DNA of 64,000 bases from an uncultured delta proteobacterium (GCA_963841435.1 CAWJCS010000002.1:352001-416000), one strand, 5' to 3'; counted from the first letter of the stretch, positions 1-9,848 are shown. Numbers and translations are program-made. Notes: generated from the letters alone by a model not told the origin.

Positions 1-720
1 TATGCCCTTCGGGACGTGAATCTCGAGGTGCAGCCGGGCGAGCTACGCGGGATCATCGGCCCGAACGGCGCGGGCAAATCGACCCTTTTTCATTTGATCG
101 CGGGCCACCTGCGCGCAAATGGCGGGGGAATCGCGTTTCGGGGCACGGCCATCGAGCGGCTGAGCCCGCACGAGCGAGCGAAGCTAGGCATTGCTATCGT
201 CTACCAGGGCGCGCGCATTTTTCGCGGCATGAGCGTCCAAGAAAACGTGATGGTTGGCGCGCACCTGACGGCACGGCACGGTTTCTTGGAAGCCGCGTGG
301 CAGTCGCCCCGCGCTCGCCGTGAAGAAGCGTCGATGCGCGTGCTCGCCAAAACCCTGCTCGACGAGGTGGGGCTCGCGGGGCTCGCCGATCGCCCCGCCG
401 AATCCCTTCCGCTCGGGCAGCAGCGGGCCTTGCAGCTCGCGCGCGCGCTGGCGGCCGACCCGGCGCTACTCCTTTTGGACGAGCCGGCATCGGGGCTGCG
501 CGAGCAGGAACGGAGCCGTCTCGCCGAGCTGATCCAGCGGCTTCGGGCGCGCGGGCTGACGATCCTGCTCGTGGAGCACGACGTGCGGCTCGTGACGAAC
601 CTTTCGGATCGCGTCACGGTTTTGGACCTTGGTCGCGTGATCGCCGAAGGGACGCCCGCTACGATTCGCGAGGACCCGGCCGTCATCAGCGCCTACCTCG
701 GCTCGGCCGCCACGGCATGA
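1..720 (+). CDS. livG: Branched-chain-amino-acid-type (HAAT) ABC transporter ATP-binding subunit, LivG-like; 5' end lies outside the window
   Basis: Walker A GPNGAGKST, LPLGQQR signature, LLLDEPASG Walker B, VEHD, C-terminal VISAYLG; frame open from base 1. Confidence 0.9.
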   Translation, partial: YALRDVNLEVQPGELRGIIGPNGAGKSTLFHLIAGHLRANGGGIAFRGTAIERLSPHERAKLGIAIVYQGARIFRGMSVQENVMVGAHLTARHGFLEAAWQSPRARREEASMRVLAKTLLDEVGLAGLADRPAESLPLGQQRALQLARALAADPALLLLDEPASGLREQERSRLAELIQRLRARGLTILLVEHDVRLVTNLSDRVTVLDLGRVIAEGTPATIREDPAVISAYLGSAATA

Positions 721-1388
721 ACGTGATCGAAGTCGAACGGCTCTCCGTACGCTACGGAGCAGCAGTGGCGCTCGACGGCGTGTCCCTCAGCGTGGCTGCG
801 GGCGAAATGGTCGCCCTGGTCGGTAGCAATGGAGCGGGAAAGACCACGCTGCTCGACGCGCTCTCGGGTGTCGTCAAGAAGGACAGTGGCGAGATTCGGA
901 TCCAGGGGCGTCTCGCCCACGTGCCCGAAGGCCGGCAGCTCTTTTGTGATCTCACGGTTGACGACAACCTTCGACTCGGGGCATTCCGCTCCGGTGATCG
1001 CGATCCGGCCTGGGTCTACCGCCTGATGCCCGCGCTCGAGCGCACCAAGAGACAACAGGCGGGTAACCTCTCGGGCGGCCAACAGCAAATGGTGGCGATC
1101 GCGCGTGGGCTGATGTCGCGCCCCGACGTGCTGTCGCTCGACGAGATGTCGCTCGGGCTGGCGCCGGTCATCGTGCAGGATCTAGCGCGCGTGCTTCTCG
1201 ACCTGAATGCCGAGCGTGGCCTGGCCGTGCTCCTCGTCGAGCAAAGCGTGCGGCTGGCGTTCTCGCTCTGCACGCGAGGGTACGTGTTGGAAACGGGCAA
1301 GGTCGTCGCCAGCGGGACGACCCGAGAGCTCGAGCAGAGTCCTTTCGTCGAGAGCGCTTATCTCGGTGCGCGGGGAGGAGCACCGTGA
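717..1388 (+). CDS. livF: HAAT ABC transporter ATP-binding subunit, LivF-like
   Basis: GSNGAGKTT, HVPEGRQLF, LSGGQQQM, LDEMSLGLAP, LVEQ; ATGA overlap with upstream gene. Confidence 0.92.
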   Translation: MNVIEVERLSVRYGAAVALDGVSLSVAAGEMVALVGSNGAGKTTLLDALSGVVKKDSGEIRIQGRLAHVPEGRQLFCDLTVDDNLRLGAFRSGDRDPAWVYRLMPALERTKRQQAGNLSGGQQQMVAIARGLMSRPDVLSLDEMSLGLAPVIVQDLARVLLDLNAERGLAVLLVEQSVRLAFSLCTRGYVLETGKVVASGTTRELEQSPFVESAYLGARGGAP

Positions 1389-2242
1389 GCGACTTCTTCT
1401 CCTACCTCGTGCACGGCATCGCGGTCGGCTGCGGCTTTGCGCTGCTCGCGAGCGGGCTCATCATCATCTACCGCGTGACGCGCGTCGTGAACCTCGCGCA
1501 GGGCACCTTCTGTGTCGTCGCTGCGTTCACGGCAGCCACGCTGCTCGGCTCCGGGCTTCCCCACGGCGTGGCCGAGATCCTCGCGATCGCCGCCGCCGCG
1601 GCGTTCGGATTCTCGACGGGAGTCGTGGCCATCACCAGGCGGGGAACGAGCCCCGAGGCGTCGCTCATCGTCACGCTGGGTATTGGCATCCTCGGCTACG
1701 CGTTCGAAATCCTGCTTTGGGGTGACCAGCCCCGCTCCTTTCCCGGCGTCGCCGGTTCGCTCGAGGTCTTCGGTCACGAATTCCCCCGCCAGTACGCGGT
1801 CGTCATCGTGGTGACGCTGGCGGTGTTTGCGCTGCTCGAGGGGTTCTTCGAGCGCACCTATTGGGGCAAGGCCCTGACCGCTTGTGCGTCGAACCCGTAC
1901 GCCGCGAGGCTCGTCGGCATTCGCATCGTCCGCATGGGCCTCGTCGCCTTCACGCTCGGTGGCGCGCTCGGCGGCGTGGCAGGCGTGCTGCTCACGCCGC
2001 TCAGCCCGATGTCGTACGACAGCGACCTGATACTGTTCGTCAACGGCTTTGCGTCGGCGATCCTCGCGGGACTGAGGCGGCCCGTGCTCGCGCTCGCGGG
2101 CGGCCTCGTCCTCGGCGTCGCGGAGGCGCTGGTGGCCGGCTACGCCAAGGCGTCGTACCAGAGCGCGCTCGCGCTGCTTCTCACGCTGGCCATTCTGGTC
2201 GTGCAGGGCGCGCGTCGCCCCGCCCTGGAGGAGCGCGAATGA
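1385..2242 (+). CDS. livH: HAAT ABC transporter permease, LivH-like
   Basis: Hydrophobic; ALLASGLIIIYRVTRVVNLAQG and WGKALTA...NPYAARLVGI motifs; GTGA overlap. Confidence 0.9.
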   Translation: MSDFFSYLVHGIAVGCGFALLASGLIIIYRVTRVVNLAQGTFCVVAAFTAATLLGSGLPHGVAEILAIAAAAAFGFSTGVVAITRRGTSPEASLIVTLGIGILGYAFEILLWGDQPRSFPGVAGSLEVFGHEFPRQYAVVIVVTLAVFALLEGFFERTYWGKALTACASNPYAARLVGIRIVRMGLVAFTLGGALGGVAGVLLTPLSPMSYDSDLILFVNGFASAILAGLRRPVLALAGGLVLGVAEALVAGYAKASYQSALALLLTLAILVVQGARRPALEERE

Positions 2243-3210
2243 TGCGAAACCGGCCATATACGCTGGTTCTCTTGCTCGCGTGCACCCTGGCCCTGCCCGC
2301 CGTGCTCGACGACAGTCAGCTTTCGATCTACGTGCTCTGCGCGCTGACGGCGATCGTGACCATCGGTGTCTCCCTACTGATGGGGCAGGCGGGGCAGGTT
2401 TCACTCGGGCAGGGGGCGTTTTACGCTGCGGGGGCGTACACGGCGGGGGTGCTCGCCACTCACGACTGTCCGACGCTCCTCGCCCTGGCGGTCGCACCCG
2501 TGGCGGCCGCCATCCTCGCGGCTTTGGTCGGCGTGCCCCTGCTCATGCTCCGCGGGCATCATCTGGCGTTCGGCACCTTGGCGACGCACCTCATCTGTTT
2601 GTCGGTTGTCGGCGAAATGTCGGTTACGGGCGGTGACGTGGGGCTTCAAGGAATTCCTCGGCTCGGCGTCGGCCCCGTCGCCTTCGATTCCGTCCGGAGC
2701 TATGCCTATCTGAGCGCATTCGGTCTTCTTGGCGTCGCGCTCGTCGCGCGCAACATCCTGGCATCGCGTCCGGGGCGCGCGCTCAGAGCGCTCTCGAGCA
2801 GCGAGTTGGCCGCGGCGTCGTCCGGGATCCCCGTCGGCCCCTACAAGCTGGCCGTTTTTGCGCTCTCGGCCGCTTTCGCGGGCCTCGCCGGAGGCATCTA
2901 CGCTTTTTATATGGGCTATCTCGCCCCGGGCTCTTTTCCGGTTCTCTTGTCCGTGGAGTACGTCGTGATGGCGACGATCGGCGGGCTCGGGACGATTGAG
3001 GGCGGCGTCGTCGGCAGCGTGGTCGTGCTCTTGCTGGTTCACGGGCTCAGCAGGTTGGCGACGACGAGCGGCATGCCGGACACCGCGCCGGTGATCCTTT
3101 CTTACGCCGTGTACGCACTGCTCCTGATCATGGCGGTGTTGTTCCTGCCGGGCGGTGTCGTGTCGATTCCCGCTGCCTTGCGGCGACGGTTCACGGCACC
3201 CAAGACGTGA
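2239..3210 (+). CDS. livM: HAAT ABC transporter permease, LivM-like
   Basis: LLMGQAGQVSLGQGAF, LRGHHLAFGTL, SRPGRALRAL, IGGLGTIEG; start taken at ATGA overlap 2239 inside ORF 1861..3210. Confidence 0.9.
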   Translation: MMRNRPYTLVLLLACTLALPAVLDDSQLSIYVLCALTAIVTIGVSLLMGQAGQVSLGQGAFYAAGAYTAGVLATHDCPTLLALAVAPVAAAILAALVGVPLLMLRGHHLAFGTLATHLICLSVVGEMSVTGGDVGLQGIPRLGVGPVAFDSVRSYAYLSAFGLLGVALVARNILASRPGRALRALSSSELAAASSGIPVGPYKLAVFALSAAFAGLAGGIYAFYMGYLAPGSFPVLLSVEYVVMATIGGLGTIEGGVVGSVVVLLLVHGLSRLATTSGMPDTAPVILSYAVYALLLIMAVLFLPGGVVSIPAALRRRFTAPKT

Positions 3211-3284
3211 TCAGCGCGCTCGCAGCGCGCGGAGCCAGGCCCCGGCCTGCTCTCGGCCGCGCACGGTGCGTGGCCGAGGCAACG

Positions 3285-4727
3285 TCACGGAGGTTCCGGC
3301 GCGGGTTCGGTCGGCGCGGCAGGTTCTGCCGGCGTGGCCTCGGCCGGTTCTTCGGCGGGTGCCGAGGGCCGAGGCGCTTCTGCCGCCGGAGTCGCGGTCG
3401 CGTTGGGTTCGGGGGCCGCCGCGGGCGCTTCGGGTGACGGCTTTTCCCCGCCGAATCCCAACGTTACGTCGAAGAGGTACATGATGCCGATGCCGAACGC
3501 GTGCGTCGTCGATCCGGGTGCGATCGGAACCACGGGCGGGAAGAGCGCGTACGTGCCAGAGCGGCCGTTGCGCATCTCGTAGTACGAGGCGTAGAGATCG
3601 ACGGTCTTCACCGGGCTGAACGTGTACCCGACCGACCACTCTAGCCCGTTCAACCCGTTCGTCGTGCAGGGCAGCTTGCCCACCCGGGTGCAGCGGCCAC
3701 GGTCGGCGACGCCGAACGAGCCCCACACCGCATGGTTGCCGAGGTGCTGCTGAAGCGCCCCGTAGATCGCGTCGCGCTGGTAGCCGTCCACCGCCCCGAC
3801 CACCGTGTCCTTCGTCCGATACGTCAAGCGCTCGACGATGGCCGCCAGCCGGGTGCGGGTGGGAAATTCGTACCAGGCCAGGAACTCATGGGCATCGTCG
3901 GTCGAGCTCCGATTCGTGAGAGTGGCGCCGGGTGAGCCGCCGACCCAATTGGCGCCGAAGTAGTCCATGTGCCGCTCGTACGCGTAGTGGAGGCTGAGCG
4001 ACCCGATTTCGAAGTTCAAGAGCCCCGATAATAGGACGGGGCTAATCGAAGCCTCGATCTCCGTGGTCCTCGTGCGGCCCTCGTTCACCGAGACAGCAAG
4101 CCGAGCGGACAGCCCAACGAGGGTGGGAGTCCAGTATTGAATGCTGTTGCCCTGCCGCCGGTTGAACGCCGCGTCCGATCGGGACGTGGCGTGCCCATTT
4201 TGGGTCGTCGTGCCCGGTATGTTGAAGCCCGGGTTGCCCGTCAGCGTGTTGTCGAACGGGTTCAGGCCGCGGAGCGCACCGAGGAACAGCGTCGGGTGCT
4301 TGTACGGCGTGTCCCAATTGCCGAAAAACAGCGTGCCGTAGTCACCCTTCACTCCCACCCCGCTGTTGCGCGATGCCCACGGGGCCGTGAGCACTGGATG
4401 ATCGCCATCGGGGTTCACGGCGTTCTCGACCTGGAAGAACGCCTGGATGTGTCCGCCGAGCTCGATCTCACCCCGAAAGCCGATGTTGGACGTGCCCGAG
4501 GTGATACGAAACCTGTTGGGCAGGTTTTCGCCGGTGTAGTCGTCCACCGTCACCTGGCTCGCGCCGCCGGTTTGGGGAGAGAGGCCCTCGGGCGTGGCTC
4601 CGCTCGTGCGAAAGTTGTCCAGGAAGGGCTGCAGGGTGCCGTAGAGGCTCACCTGGCCCTCCTGTGCGGATGCCGGCAGGGAGACGGCGAGCCCCCCCAG
4701 GGTGAGAAGCGTTGCGATGCATTTCAT
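3285..4727 (-). CDS. Gram-negative general porin with Pro/Ala/Glu-rich C-terminal tail
   Basis: Signal peptide (ASA-Q), VSLYG, SNIGFRG, SRNSGVGVKGDYGTLFFG, NSIQYWTP, terminal strand GIGIMYLF. Confidence 0.8.
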   Translation of the reverse strand: MKCIATLLTLGGLAVSLPASAQEGQVSLYGTLQPFLDNFRTSGATPEGLSPQTGGASQVTVDDYTGENLPNRFRITSGTSNIGFRGEIELGGHIQAFFQVENAVNPDGDHPVLTAPWASRNSGVGVKGDYGTLFFGNWDTPYKHPTLFLGALRGLNPFDNTLTGNPGFNIPGTTTQNGHATSRSDAAFNRRQGNSIQYWTPTLVGLSARLAVSVNEGRTRTTEIEASISPVLLSGLLNFEIGSLSLHYAYERHMDYFGANWVGGSPGATLTNRSSTDDAHEFLAWYEFPTRTRLAAIVERLTYRTKDTVVGAVDGYQRDAIYGALQQHLGNHAVWGSFGVADRGRCTRVGKLPCTTNGLNGLEWSVGYTFSPVKTVDLYASYYEMRNGRSGTYALFPPVVPIAPGSTTHAFGIGIMYLFDVTLGFGGEKPSPEAPAAAPEPNATATPAAEAPRPSAPAEEPAEATPAEPAAPTEPAPEPP

Positions 4728-4933
4728 GGTGTTGTCCTCAAACGCGCGCCCCCCTTGCTGAGGCGCGCCTGCGACTAAGCCAGGAGTCGGCGAGCCGCCA
4801 GCAAGATCCGCTGGTGGCCCGACACTGGGCCTCGGTGCGCCAGCGCTGAGATCGAGTGCCGTAAACCACTACCGAGCTTCGTAATGGGTCGTGGGTCGTG
4901 GGGGCGGTGAAGCGCGGGCGGCGATTCGAGCGG

Positions 4934-6082
4934 CTACTGGGCGACGCAGTTGGCCTTCATGACATCCCAGATCGCGTCGCCAGTGGCCTTGGACCCCGCC
5001 GTGGTGGGGTGAATGCCGTCGGAGGTGTACTCGTTGTGCCCGTTCCAGGTGTCACGCAGATCGAGCCAGTAGCACTTCGGGCTGGTGAGCCCGTCGCACA
5101 GCGCCTTCATCTGGGGCCGCAAGCTGTCCAGACAAGATTTCAGCGATGCGAAGCTGGCGCCGATCGGGTCCGGATAGAAGAAGTAGACGATCTTCTCCGT
5201 GCCGTGTTGCGCCATGTTTTGGAACAGCGAGGTGGCAGCGGTGAGTGCGGCCGCGCCATTGTTGTTGATGAGGCAGTCGTTGCCGCCGCCGTCCATGAGC
5301 ACGTACTTGATGGTGCCGGAGCTCTGAACCGCCTTGTCGTATTGACTCGGGATCTGGTTGTTGGCGAGCGTCGTGCCACTGACCGAGTTGTTGACGTAGC
5401 GGTCGCTCTGAGGCAGAGAGCCTGCCGCTTTTGCCTGAGTCTCGATCTCTTGCGTTATCTGATGACTCGCCGCGATGAACGACTCGCCAATCACGGCGAC
5501 ATCCTTTCCGGCGGTCTGTCCTTTCACGCACGCGCCCGAACCGGCCGAGCCTCCGCTTCCACCGGCGGCGCCCGCCGCACCAGACGCACCTGACATTCCA
5601 GCGGCTCCGCTTCCGCCACCGGCGCCCGCGCCGCCTTGGCCGCCGAACATGCCAGCCATTCCGGCCATGCCGCCTGTGGGTCCGGTTCCACCGGCGTCCG
5701 CACCGCCGTCCCCAGCGCCACCGACGCCACCGGTGGCGCCCGCCGCGCCGCCCACGCTCCCGCCAGAGCCGGCCACTCCGCCGGTGCCACCCGTCAGCGA
5801 ACCGCCCGTGCCGGCGCTCGAGCCTGCCGCGCCGCCGGTACCGCCCGTGACGGTGCCGCCCGTGCCGCTCACGGCTCCGGCGCCGCCGGTGCCGCCCGTG
5901 ACAGCGCCTGCGCTGCCGCCGGTACCGGCCGAACCACCGCTGAGCCCGGTGCCGCCGGTGGTGCCCGCACCGCCAGTCGCTTCGACGCCAGTGCTACCTC
6001 CGTCGCCCAAGCATGCGCCAAGGCTGAGGCTCAAGACGCCTACCTGTAGGCAGCCGATGAATGTCAGTCCTGTCGATCGCAT
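4934..6082 (-). CDS. SGNH/GDSL-family esterase lipoprotein with Gly-rich linker
   Basis: Lipobox LGAC; blocks VIGES, GGGND, DGIHP; AGGAGG RBS before ATG at 6082. Confidence 0.85.
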   Translation of the reverse strand: MRSTGLTFIGCLQVGVLSLSLGACLGDGGSTGVEATGGAGTTGGTGLSGGSAGTGGSAGAVTGGTGGAGAVSGTGGTVTGGTGGAAGSSAGTGGSLTGGTGGVAGSGGSVGGAAGATGGVGGAGDGGADAGGTGPTGGMAGMAGMFGGQGGAGAGGGSGAAGMSGASGAAGAAGGSGGSAGSGACVKGQTAGKDVAVIGESFIAASHQITQEIETQAKAAGSLPQSDRYVNNSVSGTTLANNQIPSQYDKAVQSSGTIKYVLMDGGGNDCLINNNGAAALTAATSLFQNMAQHGTEKIVYFFYPDPIGASFASLKSCLDSLRPQMKALCDGLTSPKCYWLDLRDTWNGHNEYTSDGIHPTTAGSKATGDAIWDVMKANCVAQ

Positions 6083-6153
6083 GTTGCCTCCTGAACGCGA
6101 GAGCCAAGCCAAGTTCGTCTTCGTGCTTGAAAACCCTGCGGCACCACCTGATG

Positions 6154-6170
6154 TATCAGGTTACCTGATA
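6154..6170. promoter_or_regulatory. Palindromic operator TATCAGG-TTA-CCTGATA (candidate MarR site)
   Basis: Perfect 7-3-7 inverted repeat ~70 bp upstream of the SGNH gene, extra half-site CCTGATG at 6147; motif recurs at 6894, 8380 and 9148. Confidence 0.75.
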
Positions 6171-6407
6171 ACCATTGCCTCATGCAGGGCGAGCTGACAA
6201 GGGCCTTTCTAGGGCGTTGACGAAACTGCGCGGCTTTCCTGAAGAAGCAACGACCGTGGTCGCCGCTGACGCCAAAAAATGCTGACCGTGGAAGATCGAT
6301 GAGCCCTGGTGCCCGCCGCGTCGTCCCCCCAAGTCCAGCGTGGGGACGAGCCGGGCGTGGGTCGAAGCGTGAGGCGATCTGGAACATCGTCGGGTCGATC
6401 GGAGAAG

Positions 6408-6878
6408 CTAGGCGGGTGCCGCGGATTTTCGGCGAGGCACCATGATCACGTGCGCGGCCTCGAGCACGACCTCGTCGCGCTGGTTGTAGACGACGGTGCC
6501 AAACTTCACGATGCCGCGGTCCGCCTGCGAGCGAGAGGGTCGGGCCTCGGTGACGGTGCCCTCGATGCGCAGGGAGTCGCCGGGGTGAACCGGCCGCAGC
6601 CATCGCATTGACTCGATCTCGACGCCCGCACCTTGACCGGACAGTCCGAGATCGCTGTCCACGATGAGCCGCATGGCCACCGCGGCCGTGTGCCAACCAC
6701 TCGCGACCAATCCGCCCAACAGCGTTCCACGCGCGGCGCCTTCGTCCAGGTGAGGCGGCTGCGGGTCGAACTCGGCGGCGAAGGATTTGATGCGTTCTTG
6801 GGTGATGGTGATGGCGCCTGGCGACCTGAAGCGCAGGCCTACGCTGAAGTCGTCGAAGAATCGGCCAGGTGATGGCAT
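6408..6878 (-). CDS. MaoC-family (hotdog-fold) dehydratase
   Basis: FFDDFSVG, FAAEFDPQPPHLD, ASGWHT, RWLRPVHPGDSL; start MPSPG at 6878. Confidence 0.88.
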   Translation of the reverse strand: MPSPGRFFDDFSVGLRFRSPGAITITQERIKSFAAEFDPQPPHLDEGAARGTLLGGLVASGWHTAAVAMRLIVDSDLGLSGQGAGVEIESMRWLRPVHPGDSLRIEGTVTEARPSRSQADRGIVKFGTVVYNQRDEVVLEAAHVIMVPRRKSAAPA

Positions 6879-6893
6879 GGTCTCGGGGTAACG

Positions 6894-6910
6894 TATCAGG
6901 ATGCGTGATG
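6894..6910. promoter_or_regulatory. Degenerate operator TATCAGG-ATG-CGTGATG
   Basis: 12 of 14 arm positions match the consensus; just upstream of the MaoC start. Confidence 0.6.
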
Positions 6911-6961
6911 ACGAGCGCTCGCGCAACGAGCGGTTCGCTCCGCCCCCGACCGGTCGTCGCT

Positions 6962-7868
6962 CTAGAGCTCGAGCTTGGGGAGCCGAATGCCGGACGGCTG
7001 AAGGTGCTGAGCGAAGCGCGCCTGCCAAACCGCTGCGATTGCAGCCGGATCCCACCCGCCGCCACGGAGCTCGGTCACGAGCTCTGCCGGGTGCGAGTAC
7101 AGACACAGCCGGTCGCCACCGATCCCGATCGCCTGCCCCGTGATCCCGGCGGACGCGTTCGATGCGAGGAACACCACGAGGCCGGCGCAGTCTTCCGGCA
7201 TGCCGATGGCGTGCTCACGCCGCACGGCGGCCGGCAGGGGCTCGCCCGCTGCGACGCGCGGCACGAGCGGCTTGTACAGGGGGATGGTCGCGGTCATCGC
7301 CGTCCACGCGGTCGGCACGATGGCATTCACGGTGATTTCCGCGCGCGCGAGCTCGAGCGCCCAGGTGCGCGCGAACGCAACGATGCCGGCCTTCGCGGCC
7401 GCGTAGCTCGTCTGGCCGAAGTTCCCGAACTGGCCCGCCGGGGAGCCCACGACGATGATGCGACCGCCCTCGGCCTGCTCGCGCATCCGGATGGCCGCTG
7501 CTCGCGCGCACAGAAATGTTCCGCGCAGGTGCGTGCGCACGACCAGATCGAAATCTTCGTCGGTCATCTTCCACAGCACGGCGTCGCGCAGCACGCCGGC
7601 GTTGGTGACGACGGCGTCGAGAACGTCCGAACGAGTCGACGGCGCACGCGATCAGCGCGTCCGCCGCCGCGCGATCCCCGACGTCTCCGCCCACGGCGAC
7701 GGAGCGCTCGCCGGCGAGCGCTCGGGTCTCCTCCGCGGCACCCGAATTTAGGTCGTTGACGACCACGGAGGCTCCGGCCCGCGCGAGCGCGACCGCGTAC
7801 GCGCGCCCGAGGCCCTGGCCCGCACCCGTGACGACCACTACCTTGCCCTCGAGATCGCTCGGGCTCAC
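6962..7868 (-). CDS. SDR-family oxidoreductase, split by a +1 frameshift near 7622
   Basis: N-terminal TGAGQGLG in one frame; NAGVLRD and YAAAK in the next; removing one T from CGTTCTCGAC gives FGRLDAVVTNAG. Confidence 0.85.
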
Positions 7869-8359
7869 CGGTAGTACCTGAGCAAACACTCGGCGACGAG
7901 CGCAGGCTTGGGAAGGTCCCTGACCTCGATCGTGAACACCAAAGCGACCTGCACGCCCCCAGCGATTTGGGTCGCGTCGAGGACCTCACCATGGCCGCGG
8001 AAGTCAGCGCCGACCGGCAACGCTGCGGGAAAGCGGACCTTGTTCAGGCCGTAGTTGATCGAGGTCGCTGCGTCCTCGACCACGACGAGCTCTTGCGAAA
8101 TGGGCCCGAGCATCGAGAGGGTCAAAAACCCGTGTGCAATGGTGCCGCGGAACGGCGTGTGGCGCGCGCGCTCGGGGTCGACGTGGATGAAGTTGTGGTC
8201 GTTGGTCAGGGCGGCGAATTCGTTGACGCGATCCTGCGTCATCCGCTGCCATTCCGTGGGCCCGAGCTTCCGCCCGCTGTGGCGCGGCAGCTCAGCGATC
8301 GTGGTGACCAAGGGGCCGATTGTCGTGCTCGAAGGGCTTTCCGCCGTGTTGGTACGCAT
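7865..8359 (-). CDS. MaoC-family dehydratase
   Basis: FAALTNDHNFIHVDPERA, TIAHGFLTLSM, NYGLNKVRF; AAGGAGG RBS. Confidence 0.9.
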   Translation of the reverse strand: MRTNTAESPSSTTIGPLVTTIAELPRHSGRKLGPTEWQRMTQDRVNEFAALTNDHNFIHVDPERARHTPFRGTIAHGFLTLSMLGPISQELVVVEDAATSINYGLNKVRFPAALPVGADFRGHGEVLDATQIAGGVQVALVFTIEVRDLPKPALVAECLLRYYR

Positions 8360-8375
8360 GTGCCTCCTTGGCACC

Positions 8376-8400
8376 CTAGTATCAGGTTCCCTGATACTAG
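8376..8400. promoter_or_regulatory. Perfect 11-3-11 inverted repeat CTAGTATCAGG-TTC-CCTGATACTAG (candidate MarR operator)
   Basis: Read directly; lies immediately upstream of the maoC-SDR operon RBS. Confidence 0.8.
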
Positions 8401-8500
8401 CGCATTGTCGCAGGAACGGAAGGCCCCCCGTGCGGGCCGATCGGCTCCGCCGGTCGGCGCCCGTCCCGAAAGGGGAGGAGAACCGCGGCTAGCCTTCCAT

Positions 8501-9097
8501 TTAGGCGGCGCGCCGTGACTGGGCGCGTTTGGGCGCGGGCGTCCGGGCTTCCTGGCCGGCCGCGGGCTGGGCGGCGTCGTGAAAGCCACCGCCGAGGTTG
8601 CGAACGGCGGACTTGATCATCGCCAGGAACTTCGACCGTTCGGGCCGACTGAACCCCCGCAACATCCGCGTCTCGAAGTCGGCGACGGCGGACTCGCAGG
8701 CGGCGACCACGCGCCGCCCCTTGGCCGTCAGGCTCGCGGGTCGCTTGCGGCGATGGTTGGGGTGCGCGTTGCGTTTGATCAGTCCGGCCCGCTCCAGGCG
8801 GTGGATGACCTCGTGCATCGACTGCGCCGTCATGAACGAACGCCGCGCCAGTTGCGAGCTGGACAAGGGCGCGCCATGGCGATTGAGGACACTCAACGTC
8901 GTGAACTGAAGTGCCGTCAGGTCGTGCCGCGCGGCGATTTCGCTGACCGAGCCGAGCACGAGCTGCTCTAGCCGGGCAATGGCGTAGGAGATCCCGGGCT
9001 CCGGGCTCGGGGGTGCCTTACCGTCGACCTTGTCCATGTGGGCATCGTGCCATGGCGACCGCCGCCGTACGTGGAGGAAATCGATCCGCATCCCCAT
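8501..9097 (-). CDS. MarR-family transcriptional regulator (start may be 9037)
   Basis: LTALQFTTL, SSSQLARRSFMTAQSM winged helix, LERAGLIKR...RRK...LTAKG. Confidence 0.9.
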   Translation of the reverse strand: MGMRIDFLHVRRRSPWHDAHMDKVDGKAPPSPEPGISYAIARLEQLVLGSVSEIAARHDLTALQFTTLSVLNRHGAPLSSSQLARRSFMTAQSMHEVIHRLERAGLIKRNAHPNHRRKRPASLTAKGRRVVAACESAVADFETRMLRGFSRPERSKFLAMIKSAVRNLGGGFHDAAQPAAGQEARTPAPKRAQSRRAA

Positions 9098-9147
9098 AGT
9101 GCTCGATCAGTGCTCGCAGTGCTCGATGGCGCCCCATGGGTCGAATA

Positions 9148-9164
9148 TTTCAAGGAGCCTGATA
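9148..9164. promoter_or_regulatory. Degenerate operator TTTCAAG-GAG-CCTGATA upstream of the MarR gene
   Basis: 12 of 14 arm positions match; position fits autoregulation. Confidence 0.6.
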
Positions 9165-9209
9165 TTGGGCGTCCCGGGGGCGCCGTGGCGCGCTTTTTGC
9201 GTCGCTGCC

Positions 9210-9656
9210 TCAGCCCAACACCGACGCCACGCCGTGCGCAGCGAGCTCGCGCTGAAGGCGCTTCACGGCTTCCCTGGCCTGCGCACGCTCGGCAGGAAAG
9301 AGGCCGATGTGCTCGAAGGCATCGTCGAGGTGGGCGGGCGAGTAGCAGCGAATGGTCGGATTGACGAACGTCAGCGCCGAGCCCATGAACCGAAGGGCGA
9401 GCGAGGAGGAAACGATCGCCGTCGGCGGGTTTTTCTTGTTCACCTTCCGCAGTCGCTCAACCTGAGCCTTGGTCGGGTGACCTCCCTCCGTCACGACGAG
9501 CAACCTGAAGCTTGCCACCGCATGTTCGAGATTCGAGGCCGCGATCAGCCAGCGGTCCCACTCGGCGTCACTCGGGTTGAATTTCGTCTGGCAAGAGACC
9601 AGCAAACGCGCCTCCTTGATCGCCTCGAAGACGAGGTCGAGATTTGCTGAGCCCAT
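9210..9656 (-). CDS. Hypothetical protein, myxobacterial STAS/SEC14-like
   Basis: PSDAEWDRWL, LVVTEGGHPTKAQ, AIVSSSLALR pattern. Confidence 0.55.
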   Translation of the reverse strand: MGSANLDLVFEAIKEARLLVSCQTKFNPSDAEWDRWLIAASNLEHAVASFRLLVVTEGGHPTKAQVERLRKVNKKNPPTAIVSSSLALRFMGSALTFVNPTIRCYSPAHLDDAFEHIGLFPAERAQAREAVKRLQRELAAHGVASVLG

Positions 9657-9848
9657 CCGTTCACGATATCATCCTCGCAGGGTGCGGGAAGCCGTTCGCG
9701 GATTCGGAGTAGTACCCTCGCGCCTCGACTCCAGGCGTGAGTTGATCGATTCGTTGGCGTTCGCGCGCCTGTAAGTTTTCATCGTTCCGCGAGACTAGGC
9801 CGCTCGGCCCATAGCGAATCACGACGACGCGGCGATACGCTCGCAGCC

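Noticed and set aside
3207-3437. Arg/Gly-rich 76-aa ORF as a cationic peptide
   Set aside because: Antisense shadow of the porin's Pro/Ala/Glu tail
5475-6197. Pro-rich ORFs opposite Gly-rich linkers (also 9893..10411, 16772..17425, 27062..27571)
   Set aside because: Antisense artefacts of GGN codon runs
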